From Candidatus Nomurabacteria bacterium RIFCSPLOWO2_01_FULL_39_18 (lineage in GTDB: Bacteria > Patescibacteriota > Minisyncoccia > Phycocordibacterales > UBA9973), in contig MFUV01000010.1 of NCBI GenBank assembly GCA_001787005.1, forward strand, positions 9,955 to 73,954: DNA of 64,000 bases, read 5' to 3'. The position numbers and the translations under genes were made by a program. Position 1 is the stretch's first letter; each line of letters begins with the position of its first letter. The notes under the pieces were generated by a model. That model ran no database searches and had not been told where the DNA came from. It saw only the letters and a program-made list of their open reading frames with translations. Shown in pieces: positions 18,248 through 27,650 of the stretch.

Positions 18248-18262
18248 AAATATTTTTCTATG

Positions 18263-18346
18263 TGCCCAGGGAGAGAATCGAACTCTCATGATGTTGCCAT
18301 CAATAGATTTTGAGTCTATCGCGTCTACCAATTCCGCCACCTGGGC
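18263..18346 (-). tRNA. tRNA-Leu (anticodon CAA), type II with long variable arm
   Basis: Reverse complement folds as gcccagg..ggaattggtaga..atagaCTCAAAAtctat..long variable arm..gagagttcgattctctc..cctgggc+a. Confidence 0.8.
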
Positions 18347-18419
18347 AGTCAATACAATATACTAGGAAATTAACACTAAATCAACATTTTGTTTTTTAAA
18401 AATATGTTAGAATAAGCTT

Positions 18420-19421
18420 ATGTCTAATTTATATTCCAATTCAATTTTTTGGATTGACACCGATAAAATAAAACCAAATCCATTCCAACCCAGACGAGAC
18501 TTCGACGAAGCGCGTCTTTCTGACTTAGCTATGTCGATCAAGCAATATGGAGTCCTCCAGCCGCTCACGGTCTCTCGAGTAGAAGTAGAGAAAGAGGGCG
18601 GGGGCCTCGTAACAGAATATGAATTAATCGCTGGAGAACGCAGACTTCGCGCGTCTCGGCTGGCGGGAGTCTCGCAAGTACCAGTAATAATTCGTACCGG
18701 GGATACAGCTACTATGAAGCTCGAACTCGCTATTATAGAAAATTTACAAAGAGAGGACCTAAATGTTGTAGACCGCGCGAGGGCATTCTTGCGACTAGTA
18801 AATGAATTTAAATTTACCCATAATGAAGTCGCGAAGAAGATTGGCAGAAGCAGAGAATATGTAACAAATTCTTTGCGAATTTTAACTTTGCCAGAAGAAA
18901 TAATTATTGGGTTATCGGAAGGCAAAATTACTGACGGCCATACTCGGCCACTTCTAATGCTCGCGGATCATCCGGAAGAGCAATTAGTGTTGTTTAAAGA
19001 AATTGTTTACAAAAAAATAACTGTACGCGAGGCAGAGAGGCTGGCCAGGCGGATAGCTTTCGATCGTGTTCGCAAAAAGGAGTTTATGCCTGACCCAGAA
19101 ATCACCGAGCTGGAAGAAGAATTTCAAGAGAAATTGGGAACCAGAGTCCACATAGACAGAAGCGAGCTAGGTGGACAGATTAAAATTGATTTTTTTTCTA
19201 CTGAAGACTTACGTTCTATTCTTGATTTAATTAAAAAATCAGAATTAAGTGGAAAACCCAGCCTACCTGCTCAAGCGGAAATGCTTGAAAAACACATTGC
19301 TAGTATGTCGGCGCAAGCGGGTAAGGAAGAAGATGACATACCTCTAGACGATCGAACAAAAGACGAAATCCAAAAGGCTGATGAGGCAGATCTGTATAAT
19401 ATTTCCAATTTTACCGTTTAA
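18420..19421 (+). CDS. parB: ParB/Spo0J-family partition protein (no adjacent parA)
   Basis: PNPFQPRRDFD, LIAGERRLRAS, HTH region NEVAKKIGRSREYVTN. Confidence 0.8.
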   Translation: MSNLYSNSIFWIDTDKIKPNPFQPRRDFDEARLSDLAMSIKQYGVLQPLTVSRVEVEKEGGGLVTEYELIAGERRLRASRLAGVSQVPVIIRTGDTATMKLELAIIENLQREDLNVVDRARAFLRLVNEFKFTHNEVAKKIGRSREYVTNSLRILTLPEEIIIGLSEGKITDGHTRPLLMLADHPEEQLVLFKEIVYKKITVREAERLARRIAFDRVRKKEFMPDPEITELEEEFQEKLGTRVHIDRSELGGQIKIDFFSTEDLRSILDLIKKSELSGKPSLPAQAEMLEKHIASMSAQAGKEEDDIPLDDRTKDEIQKADEADLYNISNFTV

Positions 19422-19422
19422 A

Positions 19423-19449
19423 CTGAGAAGCTAAGCTTCTCAGTTTTTT
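19423..19449. terminator. bidirectional rho-independent terminator between the convergent parB and rel genes
   Basis: ctgagaagc-taa-gcttctcag followed by tttttt. Confidence 0.65.
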
Positions 19450-20959
19450 AAGAACGACCAAAGGATTTTAGCTTAGAAAGCAGGCTGTTTTTTTCTAGGT
19501 ATGATTTAATATGTTTCTTAGCGATAGTCGTCTTGACGTATTCCAGCCATTTTGAAGAGGGGTGAGAATCTTTCTTCTTTATTATCTCAACTATGTCTCC
19601 ATTCTTTAGTTTCGAAAAAATTTGCGACATTTTTCCATTTATTTTTGCTCCAGCGGTATGATATCCAATATCAGAGTGGATAGAATAAGCGAAATCAATC
19701 GGACATGAGCCGTCCGGCAAATCAATAACATCTCCCTTTGGAGTAAAAATAAAAATTCGATCATTAAAGAAGTCTGTTTTTAAATGCTCGATAAATTTCT
19801 TTGGTTCTTCTTGGGTACGATGCAAGTCTTGCAACTCTTCTATCCACTTGAACTTTGATTGGTCATCTTTCGCTTTTTTCCCCTCACTTTCTTTATAAGC
19901 AAAATGCGCGGTGATACCATAAGCCGCTTCCGCATGCATTTCTTTAGTTCTTATCTGAATTTCCGCAATTCCGCCAAAGCCGGTAAAAATGGTGGTGTGG
20001 ATGGAACGATAGCCATTGGGTTTCGGTACGGCAATATAATCCTTTATTCGCCCAGGAAGAGGCTTCCAGACAGAGTGGATGATACCCAGAACTCTATAGC
20101 AATCCTCAATACTTTCCACCACCACACGAAGCGCCACGATATCATAAATCTTCTCTATATCCATATCGCGCTTTGTAAGCTTTTTCCATAAGCTATATTT
20201 ATGCTTCATCCGAGAATCTATTTCGACAACTTTTACTTTATTCTTTTTTAACTCTTTTTCTAACTCTTTTTGCACTTGAGCTAAATTTTCTTGGTATGAT
20301 CTTTTTTTCTCTTTTATTATTTCTTCAATTTGAGCATGCTCCTTCGGATAAACATAAGGGAAAGCCGCGTCTTCTATCTCGCTTTTTAGCTTCCCCATAC
20401 CAAGGCGGTTCGCTAGCGGCGCGTAGACTTCAATGGATTCCATCGCTATCCTACGCCTTTTATCTTCTCTAACAAACTGCAATGTTTGCAAATTGTGCAA
20501 TCTGTCGGCAAATTTTATAATAACTACGCGCAAATCATTAGTCATTGCCACAAAGAATTTCCTCAAACTCTCCACATGCCTTTCGTGTCCGCGATATTTT
20601 AAAGTTCCAAGCTTCGTTACTCCTTTTACTAAAAACAAAATGTTCCCGCCGAATTCTTTTTCCACAACTTCTTCTTTGATTTCGGTATCTTCTAAAATGT
20701 CATGCAGAAGCCCCGCGGCAATGGTCTCTGTGTCCATCCCAAGTTTGGCAAGAATTTTCGCAGTTTCAAATACATGAAAAAAGTACGGGTCCCCATTCAT
20801 TCTCTTTTGATTCAAATGCCCGCGCAGAGCAAAATCATAGGCTTTTAATATAAGCTCCTCGTCCTTCTTGTTTATTTTGCCCATTATATCCAGTAATTCT
20901 CGAACATTTGCCATAATGGGATTATAGCAATAAACGAGAGGCGTATACAAACCTGTCAT
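19448..20959 (-). CDS. rel: bifunctional (p)ppGpp synthetase/hydrolase, short HD-Synth-TGS form
   Basis: HD domain (HDILED), synthetase domain (YRSIHTTI), TGS domain; 503 aa, lacks an ACT/CC tail. Confidence 0.85.
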   Translation of the reverse strand: MTGLYTPLVYCYNPIMANVRELLDIMGKINKKDEELILKAYDFALRGHLNQKRMNGDPYFFHVFETAKILAKLGMDTETIAAGLLHDILEDTEIKEEVVEKEFGGNILFLVKGVTKLGTLKYRGHERHVESLRKFFVAMTNDLRVVIIKFADRLHNLQTLQFVREDKRRRIAMESIEVYAPLANRLGMGKLKSEIEDAAFPYVYPKEHAQIEEIIKEKKRSYQENLAQVQKELEKELKKNKVKVVEIDSRMKHKYSLWKKLTKRDMDIEKIYDIVALRVVVESIEDCYRVLGIIHSVWKPLPGRIKDYIAVPKPNGYRSIHTTIFTGFGGIAEIQIRTKEMHAEAAYGITAHFAYKESEGKKAKDDQSKFKWIEELQDLHRTQEEPKKFIEHLKTDFFNDRIFIFTPKGDVIDLPDGSCPIDFAYSIHSDIGYHTAGAKINGKMSQIFSKLKNGDIVEIIKKKDSHPSSKWLEYVKTTIAKKHIKSYLEKNSLLSKLKSFGRS

Positions 20960-23269
20960 TTAGTCTGCGATCTTTTTCATTTTATCTGGTCGAAAGTTGG
21001 GACACGCCTTATTTGAACAGCGTTCAGGAATGGTTTTCGTGCCCTCCATCATTAGGCTTCCGCATTTGTCGCAGATTTTGCCGGTTGGCTTAGCTTTGAT
21101 TGCAAATTTACAATTTGGATAATTTGAACAGGAATAAAAAATTCCAAACCTGCCGCGACGTTCCGAGATGTCGCCCTTCTTGCAAGTGGGACAAATTACC
21201 CCTGTTCTTTTTTTAGCCTCTTCGGCTTCGTCTTTTTTAATAAATTTACATTTCGGATAACGCGAGCAAGAGATGAACGAGCCCGTGCCATCGCGCCTTT
21301 CTTTTACTACCAATTTTCCTCCATATACTTTTTTCTTTTTTTCGCCTGCCTGCGCAGGCAGACCACAGTCTGGGCACGTTTCGCCGGTTTCTTCTGGACC
21401 TTTTAGTTCCGTACCGTCTAGCATTAACGCGCCATTACATTCTGGAAACTTTTCACAAGAATAGAATTTGCCCCCACGAGAAAGTTTGATAATCATTTTT
21501 GCCCCGCATTTCGGACATTTTATATTCTCTGGAGCATTGCCCAGATTTGTGGCCTTTTCCAATTTTTCCTTTGATTTAACATCTTTGGAAAATGGTCCAT
21601 AGAAGTCTCGCAGGGTCTTTTCATATTCTCTTTCGCCTCGAGCTATCTCGTCTAGTTCATCTTCCATCTCGGCCGTGAAAGTGTCAGAGATATAATTTGC
21701 AAAATGTTTTTCTAAAAAGTCTGACACAACTTCTCCCACGTCGGTGGGGAACAAGGTCTTGCCTTCTTTCTTGACATAATCCCTCTCTTCAATCGTTCTC
21801 ATAATAGACGCATAGGTACTGGGTCTGCCGATGCCCCTTTGCTCCAATTCTTTAATAAGTCCCGCTTCACTATATCTGCCTGGCGGCTCGGTGAACTTCT
21901 CTTCGCTGGTTAAATCAAGCAACTTTAATTTCTCTCCCGCCTTACATAGAGGTAGTTCAACATCCTCACCCCGAGCTCCAGTGTCTACCGCAAGCCACCC
22001 TCCAAAAAGAAGTCGTGAACCAGTGGCAGAAAAATTCGGAAAGTCAAAGTCCCCACATGTCGGACATGTGGAGTCCACATGTCCGACATGTGGGACAACA
22101 TTTGCCGTAATTTTGGTCTTTAGTAATTTAGCATCAGTCATTTGAGAAGATACAGCACGCTCCCAGATGAGCCGGTAGAGCCTATCTTGGTCATCGCTCC
22201 CTGTGTGTAACTTTTCAACATGCGTCGGACGGATAGCTTCGTGCGCTTCCTGGGCATTTTTTGACTTAGTTTTATAAATTCTATTATGTGCATATTTGTC
22301 ACTGTATTCTTTTTTTATAAAAGATAATATTTGGTTTTGGGCGACAACGCCAAGATTCGTACTGTCCGTACGCATGTAGGTAATATGCCCCGCTTCGTAA
22401 AGTTTCTGCGCTATCTGCATTGTCCGCGAAGGAGAGTAGCCAAGCCGTGAACTGGCGGTTTGTTGAAGTGTTGAAGTAGTAAAGGGCGCACGAGGAACTC
22501 TTTTTTGTTCTGATTCTTTCACGTCTTTAACTACCCAATTTCCATTTTCCCCCGTCTCTAAAATCTTTTCAACCAATTTCTGATCACGAGGCTCTTCGGA
22601 ACATTCCAAAGTAATTTTTTCCCCTCCTGCCTGAGGAGGGGTGCCCTTTAGGGTGGGGTGGTGGGAGGTCTCGAAAAGTCCTAATATTTTCCAATATTTT
22701 TCTGGAACAAAAGCGCGGATTTCTCGTTCACGTTCCATTATTATGCGAAGCGCAGGGGATTGCACACGCCCGGCCGAGAGTCCATAACGAACTTTTTTCC
22801 AAATCAACCCAGAAAGATCGTAGCCAACCAATCGGTCTAAGACTCGCCGCGCTTCTTGTGCTTTGCGTAAATTTGTGTCAATTTTCCTCGGATTCTTTAG
22901 CGCTTCTTCTACAGCTTCTTTTGTAATCTCATGAAAGGCGACTCTTTCTATCGGCGCCTTAACCTTCTTATCTTCATCCAGAAGCGTTTCTATGTGCCAG
23001 GCAATAGCCTCTCCTTCACGGTCGGGATCTGTTGCTAAGATTATTTCACTTGCTTTCTCTGCCAAGACTCTCAAATCGTGAACAACTTTTTCTTTTCCCT
23101 TGGAAATTTCATAATGCGGAATAAAACCTCCTTCAATATTGATCGCTTGTTTGTTTGATTTCGGCAAATCGCGAATATGCCCGACTGACGCACGCACGGC
23201 AAATGCGCCCTCGAGATATTTTTCAATAGTCTTTGCTTTTGATGGTGATTCAACAATTAATAATTTCAT
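20960..23269 (-). CDS. topA: DNA topoisomerase I with C-terminal zinc ribbons
   Basis: Toprim MKLLIVESPSKAKTI, catalytic Tyr region GHITYMRTDS, multiple CPxCG ribbons. Confidence 0.9.
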   Translation of the reverse strand: MKLLIVESPSKAKTIEKYLEGAFAVRASVGHIRDLPKSNKQAINIEGGFIPHYEISKGKEKVVHDLRVLAEKASEIILATDPDREGEAIAWHIETLLDEDKKVKAPIERVAFHEITKEAVEEALKNPRKIDTNLRKAQEARRVLDRLVGYDLSGLIWKKVRYGLSAGRVQSPALRIIMEREREIRAFVPEKYWKILGLFETSHHPTLKGTPPQAGGEKITLECSEEPRDQKLVEKILETGENGNWVVKDVKESEQKRVPRAPFTTSTLQQTASSRLGYSPSRTMQIAQKLYEAGHITYMRTDSTNLGVVAQNQILSFIKKEYSDKYAHNRIYKTKSKNAQEAHEAIRPTHVEKLHTGSDDQDRLYRLIWERAVSSQMTDAKLLKTKITANVVPHVGHVDSTCPTCGDFDFPNFSATGSRLLFGGWLAVDTGARGEDVELPLCKAGEKLKLLDLTSEEKFTEPPGRYSEAGLIKELEQRGIGRPSTYASIMRTIEERDYVKKEGKTLFPTDVGEVVSDFLEKHFANYISDTFTAEMEDELDEIARGEREYEKTLRDFYGPFSKDVKSKEKLEKATNLGNAPENIKCPKCGAKMIIKLSRGGKFYSCEKFPECNGALMLDGTELKGPEETGETCPDCGLPAQAGEKKKKVYGGKLVVKERRDGTGSFISCSRYPKCKFIKKDEAEEAKKRTGVICPTCKKGDISERRGRFGIFYSCSNYPNCKFAIKAKPTGKICDKCGSLMMEGTKTIPERCSNKACPNFRPDKMKKIAD
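21347..21360. repeat. 14-bp perfect palindrome tgcctgcgcaggca inside a topA zinc-ribbon loop (encodes LPAQAGEKK)
   Basis: Self-complementary; sequence context ttttttcgcctgcctg resembles the element at 22621. Confidence 0.4.
22052..22094. repeat. 43-bp perfect palindrome embedded in-frame in topA; ACATGTGG element family
   Basis: cccacatgtcggacatgtgga-g-tccacatgtccgacatgtggg; encodes the symmetric peptide PHVGHVDSTCPTCG. Confidence 0.6.
22621..22670. repeat. GC-rich palindromic element embedded in-frame in topA
   Basis: cccctcct-gcc-tgaggagggg tgcc... closely resembles the dus insertion cccctctcct-tgaca-aggagagggg tgcc; encodes GTPPQAGGEKI. Confidence 0.5.
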
Positions 23270-23331
23270 AGAGTGTTAAGTATTACATGAAATAGTTTTC
23301 AAAAGCAAACATAAGAGCAAATTTATTAAAA

Positions 23332-24192
23332 TTATACTAATCTAATTTCGCCGAGCTCTTCTTTAATTAATTCTTTTATTTCCATCACAGAAAGTATGGC
23401 ATTGGCTGTCGGGATTGGCATCTTCATGGCACGAATCAAATCATCTCGCGGTATTGGTTCCCGCAATAAATTTGCCACCATTTTTTCCTCCGGTGATAAA
23501 TCAATAACAAGTTTTTGCTGTTTTTCTTCATCTTTTTCTATTTCAAAACCAAGCGCCTCGAGAACGTCTTCAGCGGACGTGACTGGAGTTGCTCCTTGTC
23601 GGAGTAATTTATTAGTGCCCTTAGAATTTGGAGAGAAAATTGAACCAGGCACAACCAATAAATCCCTATTGTATTCTGCTGTGAGCCGGGCAGTGATGAG
23701 CGTCCCCGATCTTTCGCTGGCTTCTATTACAAGCGTTGCCTTGGAAATTCCAGCCATTAGGCGATTTCTCATCGGGAAACTCCACAGGGTTGCTCTGAAA
23801 TTTGGTTCAAATTCTGAGATTAAGCCTCCGCCCTGTCGCACGACTTCTTCCGCTAATTTCACGTTTGTTTTCGGATACATTGCTTCTTTAGACAGCCCTG
23901 ATCCAGGAAAAACTAAAGTTTTCAAGCCGACAGAGAGCGCCTTTTGGTGCGCTATTGCATCAATGCCCATTGCAAGTCCAGAAACTATTACTATCGGATA
24001 GCCCTTAAGTCCAGCAATTATTTTTTCACATGCTTCCTTACCGTAAGAAGTAAACTTACGCGGGCCTACCACGCATAGATGTACCAGTTTTTCATCCGGC
24101 ATTTCACCCGTAATCCATAAATCAAGAGGTGGCTGTGGAATCTCTAGTAGCGCTTTGGGAAATTTATTTTTTGGTAATTTTTTAATTTGCAT
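23332..24192 (-). CDS. dprA: DNA-processing protein A (Smf)
   Basis: VVGPRKFTSYG..VSGLAMGIDAIAHQ Rossmann-like DprA core. Confidence 0.85.
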   Translation of the reverse strand: MQIKKLPKNKFPKALLEIPQPPLDLWITGEMPDEKLVHLCVVGPRKFTSYGKEACEKIIAGLKGYPIVIVSGLAMGIDAIAHQKALSVGLKTLVFPGSGLSKEAMYPKTNVKLAEEVVRQGGGLISEFEPNFRATLWSFPMRNRLMAGISKATLVIEASERSGTLITARLTAEYNRDLLVVPGSIFSPNSKGTNKLLRQGATPVTSAEDVLEALGFEIEKDEEKQQKLVIDLSPEEKMVANLLREPIPRDDLIRAMKMPIPTANAILSVMEIKELIKEELGEIRLV

Positions 24193-24344
24193 ACATAGCA
24201 GTTACGGAAAGAATTTTTTAAAAGCATTGCGCAGGCTGACGAGCCGAGCATAGCAAATTTTCAGCAGAAAATTATGTGCGGTTTTAAAAAGTTACTTTCC
24301 GCAACTGCTTCACATTATAGCAACTTTCATATATAATATAAAAC

Positions 24345-25610
24345 ATGCTGGATATAAAATTCATCCGTGAAAATAAGGACATTGTGCAGGGAGGCGCAAA
24401 GCAAAAACATGTTGAAATAGACATCGAAAAGCTCACCGCGGTGGATGATGAGCGTCTGAAAATATTGAAAGAGGTAGAAGAGCTTCGTGGTGAAATAAAT
24501 AAAGTTTCAAATAATATTGCTCGCGACCAAAATCCGGCATTAAAGCTCCAATTGATTGAGGAAATGCGCGTAGTTAAAGAAGATTTAAAAACCAAAGAAG
24601 AAAAATTGAAAACGATTATGGATGAATGGCGACAGATGATGCTCCAAGTGCCCAACGTCCCAGACATGACAGTGCCAGAAGGGAAGGGGGAAGAAGATAA
24701 CAAGGAAGTTCTCACCTGGGGAGAAAAAACAAAATTTGATTTTACTCCTAAAGATCATGTGGAATTGATGTTGAAACTAAATATGGTTGATTTCGAAAGA
24801 GGTGTAAAGGTTCATGGTTTTAGAGGATATTTTTTGAAGCAGGACGGAGCGGAGCTGTCATGGGCGATTTGGAACTACGCGCGTGATTTTTTTGGAGCAA
24901 AAAACTTCATTCCGTTTATCGCCCCAGCTGTCGTGCATAAGCAACATTTATATGGTACGGGGCATTTACCAGGAGGTGCGGAAGATATTTACCAAACCCA
25001 AGACGGAGATTATTTGTCTGGTACGGCGGAAATTCCAATGATGGGATACCACAGCGGAGAAATTATTCCTCGAGAGGAATTACCCAAGCGCTATCTGGCA
25101 TTTTCCCCATGTTTCAGACGAGAAGCGGGCGCGCACGGAAAAGATACAAAAGGGCTCATACGAGTACAAGAATTTTTTAAATTGGAGCAACTCATACTCT
25201 GCGAAGCAAGCCATGAGGAATCGGTAAAATATCACGAAGAAATAAACAAAAATTACGAAGAATTCATCGAGTCGCTTGGCATTCCTTATCGCAGATTAGA
25301 AATTTGCACCGGGGATTTAAAATCTGCTCATGTAAAAAGCTATGACACCGAAGCCTGGATTCCATCGCAGAATCAATATCGTGAGCTATCCAGCGCATCA
25401 TACTATCATGACTTTCAATCAAGGCGTTTTAATATTCGTTACAAAGACAAAGAGGGAAATTCTCTTTTTGTTCATTCATTGAATAGCACCGCGGTAGCAA
25501 CTCCGAGAATTTTAGTGGCAATAGTGGAAAATTTCCAGCAAACCGACGGTTCGGTTAAGATTCCAGAAGTTTTAAGGAAATACATGGGAGGTAAGGAATT
25601 TATTACCTAG
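24345..25610 (+). CDS. serS: seryl-tRNA synthetase
   Basis: N-terminal coiled coil, class II motifs (FRREAG, GTGHLPGGAED). Confidence 0.9.
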   Translation: MLDIKFIRENKDIVQGGAKQKHVEIDIEKLTAVDDERLKILKEVEELRGEINKVSNNIARDQNPALKLQLIEEMRVVKEDLKTKEEKLKTIMDEWRQMMLQVPNVPDMTVPEGKGEEDNKEVLTWGEKTKFDFTPKDHVELMLKLNMVDFERGVKVHGFRGYFLKQDGAELSWAIWNYARDFFGAKNFIPFIAPAVVHKQHLYGTGHLPGGAEDIYQTQDGDYLSGTAEIPMMGYHSGEIIPREELPKRYLAFSPCFRREAGAHGKDTKGLIRVQEFFKLEQLILCEASHEESVKYHEEINKNYEEFIESLGIPYRRLEICTGDLKSAHVKSYDTEAWIPSQNQYRELSSASYYHDFQSRRFNIRYKDKEGNSLFVHSLNSTAVATPRILVAIVENFQQTDGSVKIPEVLRKYMGGKEFIT

Positions 25611-25632
25611 CCATTAATTCTACCAAATAAAT

Positions 25633-26523
25633 ATGATACAGAAACGAGATCTTTTAAATTCCCCCCGTCTTTTAGAATTAGATAAGAAAAGGCGAAAAAT
25701 TTTTCTCAAGAAATTTTCTATCTTGATGCTTGGATTGTTGGTGACCCTCATTTGCTTGGCTTATGTTTCCCGTATTGAAAAATTAAATATCAGTGGAGTA
25801 GAAATTTCAGGTAATAAAATAATTGATACGCAGGCAATAAAAGATGCAGTGGATGGGAAGCTTGCTGAAAAGTATTTGTGGTTTTTTCCAAAAACAAATA
25901 TATTCTTCTACCCTAAAAATGATATAAAAAATAATTTATCTGGTGAATTTAAGAGACTTGAAGATATAGAACTTTCCGTAAAAGAAGACAGGGTTCTCCA
26001 TATTTCCCTAACTGAACGAAGAGCTTTGTATACTTGGTGCGGAGAAAAAATTGATTTAAAAGAAGAGCCTGTATTTGAAAACGGAGCTCCGATAAATAAA
26101 TGCTATTTCTTAGACAAAAATGGATTCATTTTCGACGAGGCTCCATATTTTTCTGGAGAAGTTTATTTTAAGTTTTACGGAAAACTGCAATCAGATCCGC
26201 CTCTGGGGTCGTTCTTTTCAGAAACGAATTTTGGGAATTTAATTTTATTTAAAGAAACACTAGAGGATATGGGGTTACGGCCAGTAGCAATATATATTAT
26301 AGAAAATGAAACTATAAAAATATATCTCTCTAATGAATCTCAGCTATCGATGGGACCAGAAATTATATTAAAATCAAATGCCAATTTTCAAAAAGTGGCG
26401 GAAAATTTACAAGCGGCGCTAGCGACAGAACCTTTGCAGTCAGATTTTAAAAATAAATATTCATCCCTCTTGTATATAAACCTCCAATTTGGGAATAAGG
26501 TGTATTATAAGTTTCGCCAATGA
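25633..26523 (+). CDS. ftsQ: FtsQ/DivIB-like cell-division protein (TM + POTRA)
   Basis: Single N-terminal TM, then IEKLNISGVEISGNKIIDTQAIKDAV POTRA-like start. Confidence 0.45.
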   Translation: MIQKRDLLNSPRLLELDKKRRKIFLKKFSILMLGLLVTLICLAYVSRIEKLNISGVEISGNKIIDTQAIKDAVDGKLAEKYLWFFPKTNIFFYPKNDIKNNLSGEFKRLEDIELSVKEDRVLHISLTERRALYTWCGEKIDLKEEPVFENGAPINKCYFLDKNGFIFDEAPYFSGEVYFKFYGKLQSDPPLGSFFSETNFGNLILFKETLEDMGLRPVAIYIIENETIKIYLSNESQLSMGPEIILKSNANFQKVAENLQAALATEPLQSDFKNKYSSLLYINLQFGNKVYYKFRQ

Positions 26524-27572
26524 AAAGTTTTTGGGCAAAACTTAGCAGACCTATCTTCTGCTTGGCGCCGATGGCAGATGTAACGGACTGCGCCTTCAGG
26601 CAAATAATTGCGAAGTATAGCGCAGATACCCGCCCGACCGAACGGTCGTTCGGGCGGGTTTTTTTTACTGAATTTGTCTCAGCAGATGGATTAGCCCATC
26701 CCATAGCCAGAGAGAAACTTTTAATTGATTTAAAATATGGGCAAAACGAGCATCCAATAGTGGCGCAAATTTTTGGCGGGAAACCAGAAAATATAAAAAT
26801 AGCTTCTACGCTATGCAAGAATCTTGGCTTTGATGGCATCGATATCAATATGGGCTGTCCGGATAAATCTGTAGAAAAACAATGCGCTGGCGCCGCGTTG
26901 ATGAAAGATCCCATGCTTGCAAGAGAAATAATCCGCGTGGCCAAGGAGGGCGGGGGTGGACTACCCATTTCAGTAAAAACTCGTGTTGGCTACAACCCGC
27001 CCGGCGGATATGCCAGTCGGGCAGGCAAAAATGAAATGGAATCATGGGTAAAAACACTTCTCTCTGAAGATTTGGCGGCGTTAACTATACATTTACGCAC
27101 TCGCAAAGAGATGAGTCTCGTTCCCGCGCATTGGGATCTAATGAAGAGGATAGTTGAGATTAGAAATGAAATGAAGGTAGAAACTTTAATAATTGGTAAT
27201 GGTGACGTCATGGACACTGACGAAGCAAGGAGGAAGTGTGAAGAAACTGGGTGCGATGGGGTAATGTTGGGTAGAGCGATGTTTGGGAATCCGTGGCTGT
27301 TCACCTCACCCCCAACCCCTCTCCTTGACAAGGAGAGGGGTGCCAAAGGCGAGGTGAGGTCAATCCAGGAAAAGCTACAAGTCATGCTTGAGCACACCAA
27401 ACTTTTTGAAGAAATGCTGGGAAAGCACAAAAATTTCGCTATAATGAAAAAACATTTTAAGGCGTATGTCAGTGGCTGGGATGGCGCTAAAGAACTTCGA
27501 ATGAAGCTAATGGAGACAGAAAATGCCTCGCGGGTAGAAGCCATAGTTAATGATTTTTTAAGTAAAACCTGA
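26520..27572 (+). CDS. dus: tRNA-dihydrouridine synthase (carries two in-frame palindromic insertions)
   Basis: LAPMADVTDCAFR, IDINMGCPDKSVEKQCAGAALM catalytic Cys region, GRAMFGNPWLF. Confidence 0.8.
   Translation: MKSFWAKLSRPIFCLAPMADVTDCAFRQIIAKYSADTRPTERSFGRVFFTEFVSADGLAHPIAREKLLIDLKYGQNEHPIVAQIFGGKPENIKIASTLCKNLGFDGIDINMGCPDKSVEKQCAGAALMKDPMLAREIIRVAKEGGGGLPISVKTRVGYNPPGGYASRAGKNEMESWVKTLLSEDLAALTIHLRTRKEMSLVPAHWDLMKRIVEIRNEMKVETLIIGNGDVMDTDEARRKCEETGCDGVMLGRAMFGNPWLFTSPPTPLLDKERGAKGEVRSIQEKLQVMLEHTKLFEEMLGKHKNFAIMKKHFKAYVSGWDGAKELRMKLMETENASRVEAIVNDFLSKT
26628..26666. repeat. GC-rich hairpin followed by a T8 run, embedded in-frame in dus
   Basis: acccgcccg..cgaacg-gt-cgttcg..gggcgggt then tttttttt; encodes ADTRPTERSFGRV, which sits where Dus proteins normally have a short loop. 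Confidence 0.45.
27301..27362. repeat. 62-bp nested GC-rich palindromic element embedded in-frame in dus
   Basis: Outer stem acctcacc/ggtgaggt, inner stem cccctctcctt-gac-aaggagagggg; encodes the extra peptide TSPPTPLLDKERGAKGEVRS between the conserved PWLF and IQEKL. Confidence 0.55.
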
Positions 27573-27650
27573 TAGAATATTTTTATGCACGATTTAGCTT
27601 TACCCCGAACTAAAGCAGAGCTTAGTACGGGGCAGGTATCGTAAATATTT

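Noticed and set aside
18248-18352. N-terminal extension of murA (MTAQVAELVDAIDSKSIDGNIMRVRFSPWAH...)
   Set aside because: It is the reverse complement of tRNA-Leu(CAA); murA starts at MSKFIIQGG (18247)
27573-27650. Possible SRP/4.5S RNA in the dus-dnaX spacer (ffs often precedes dnaX in Firmicutes); the region has an imperfect hairpin taccccgaactaaagc..gcttagtacgggg
   Set aside because: Only 78 nt, and it lacks the conserved domain IV motifs (GGAA tetraloop/AGGA-GCA symmetric loop) that I could recognise; treated as a leader or terminator hairpin
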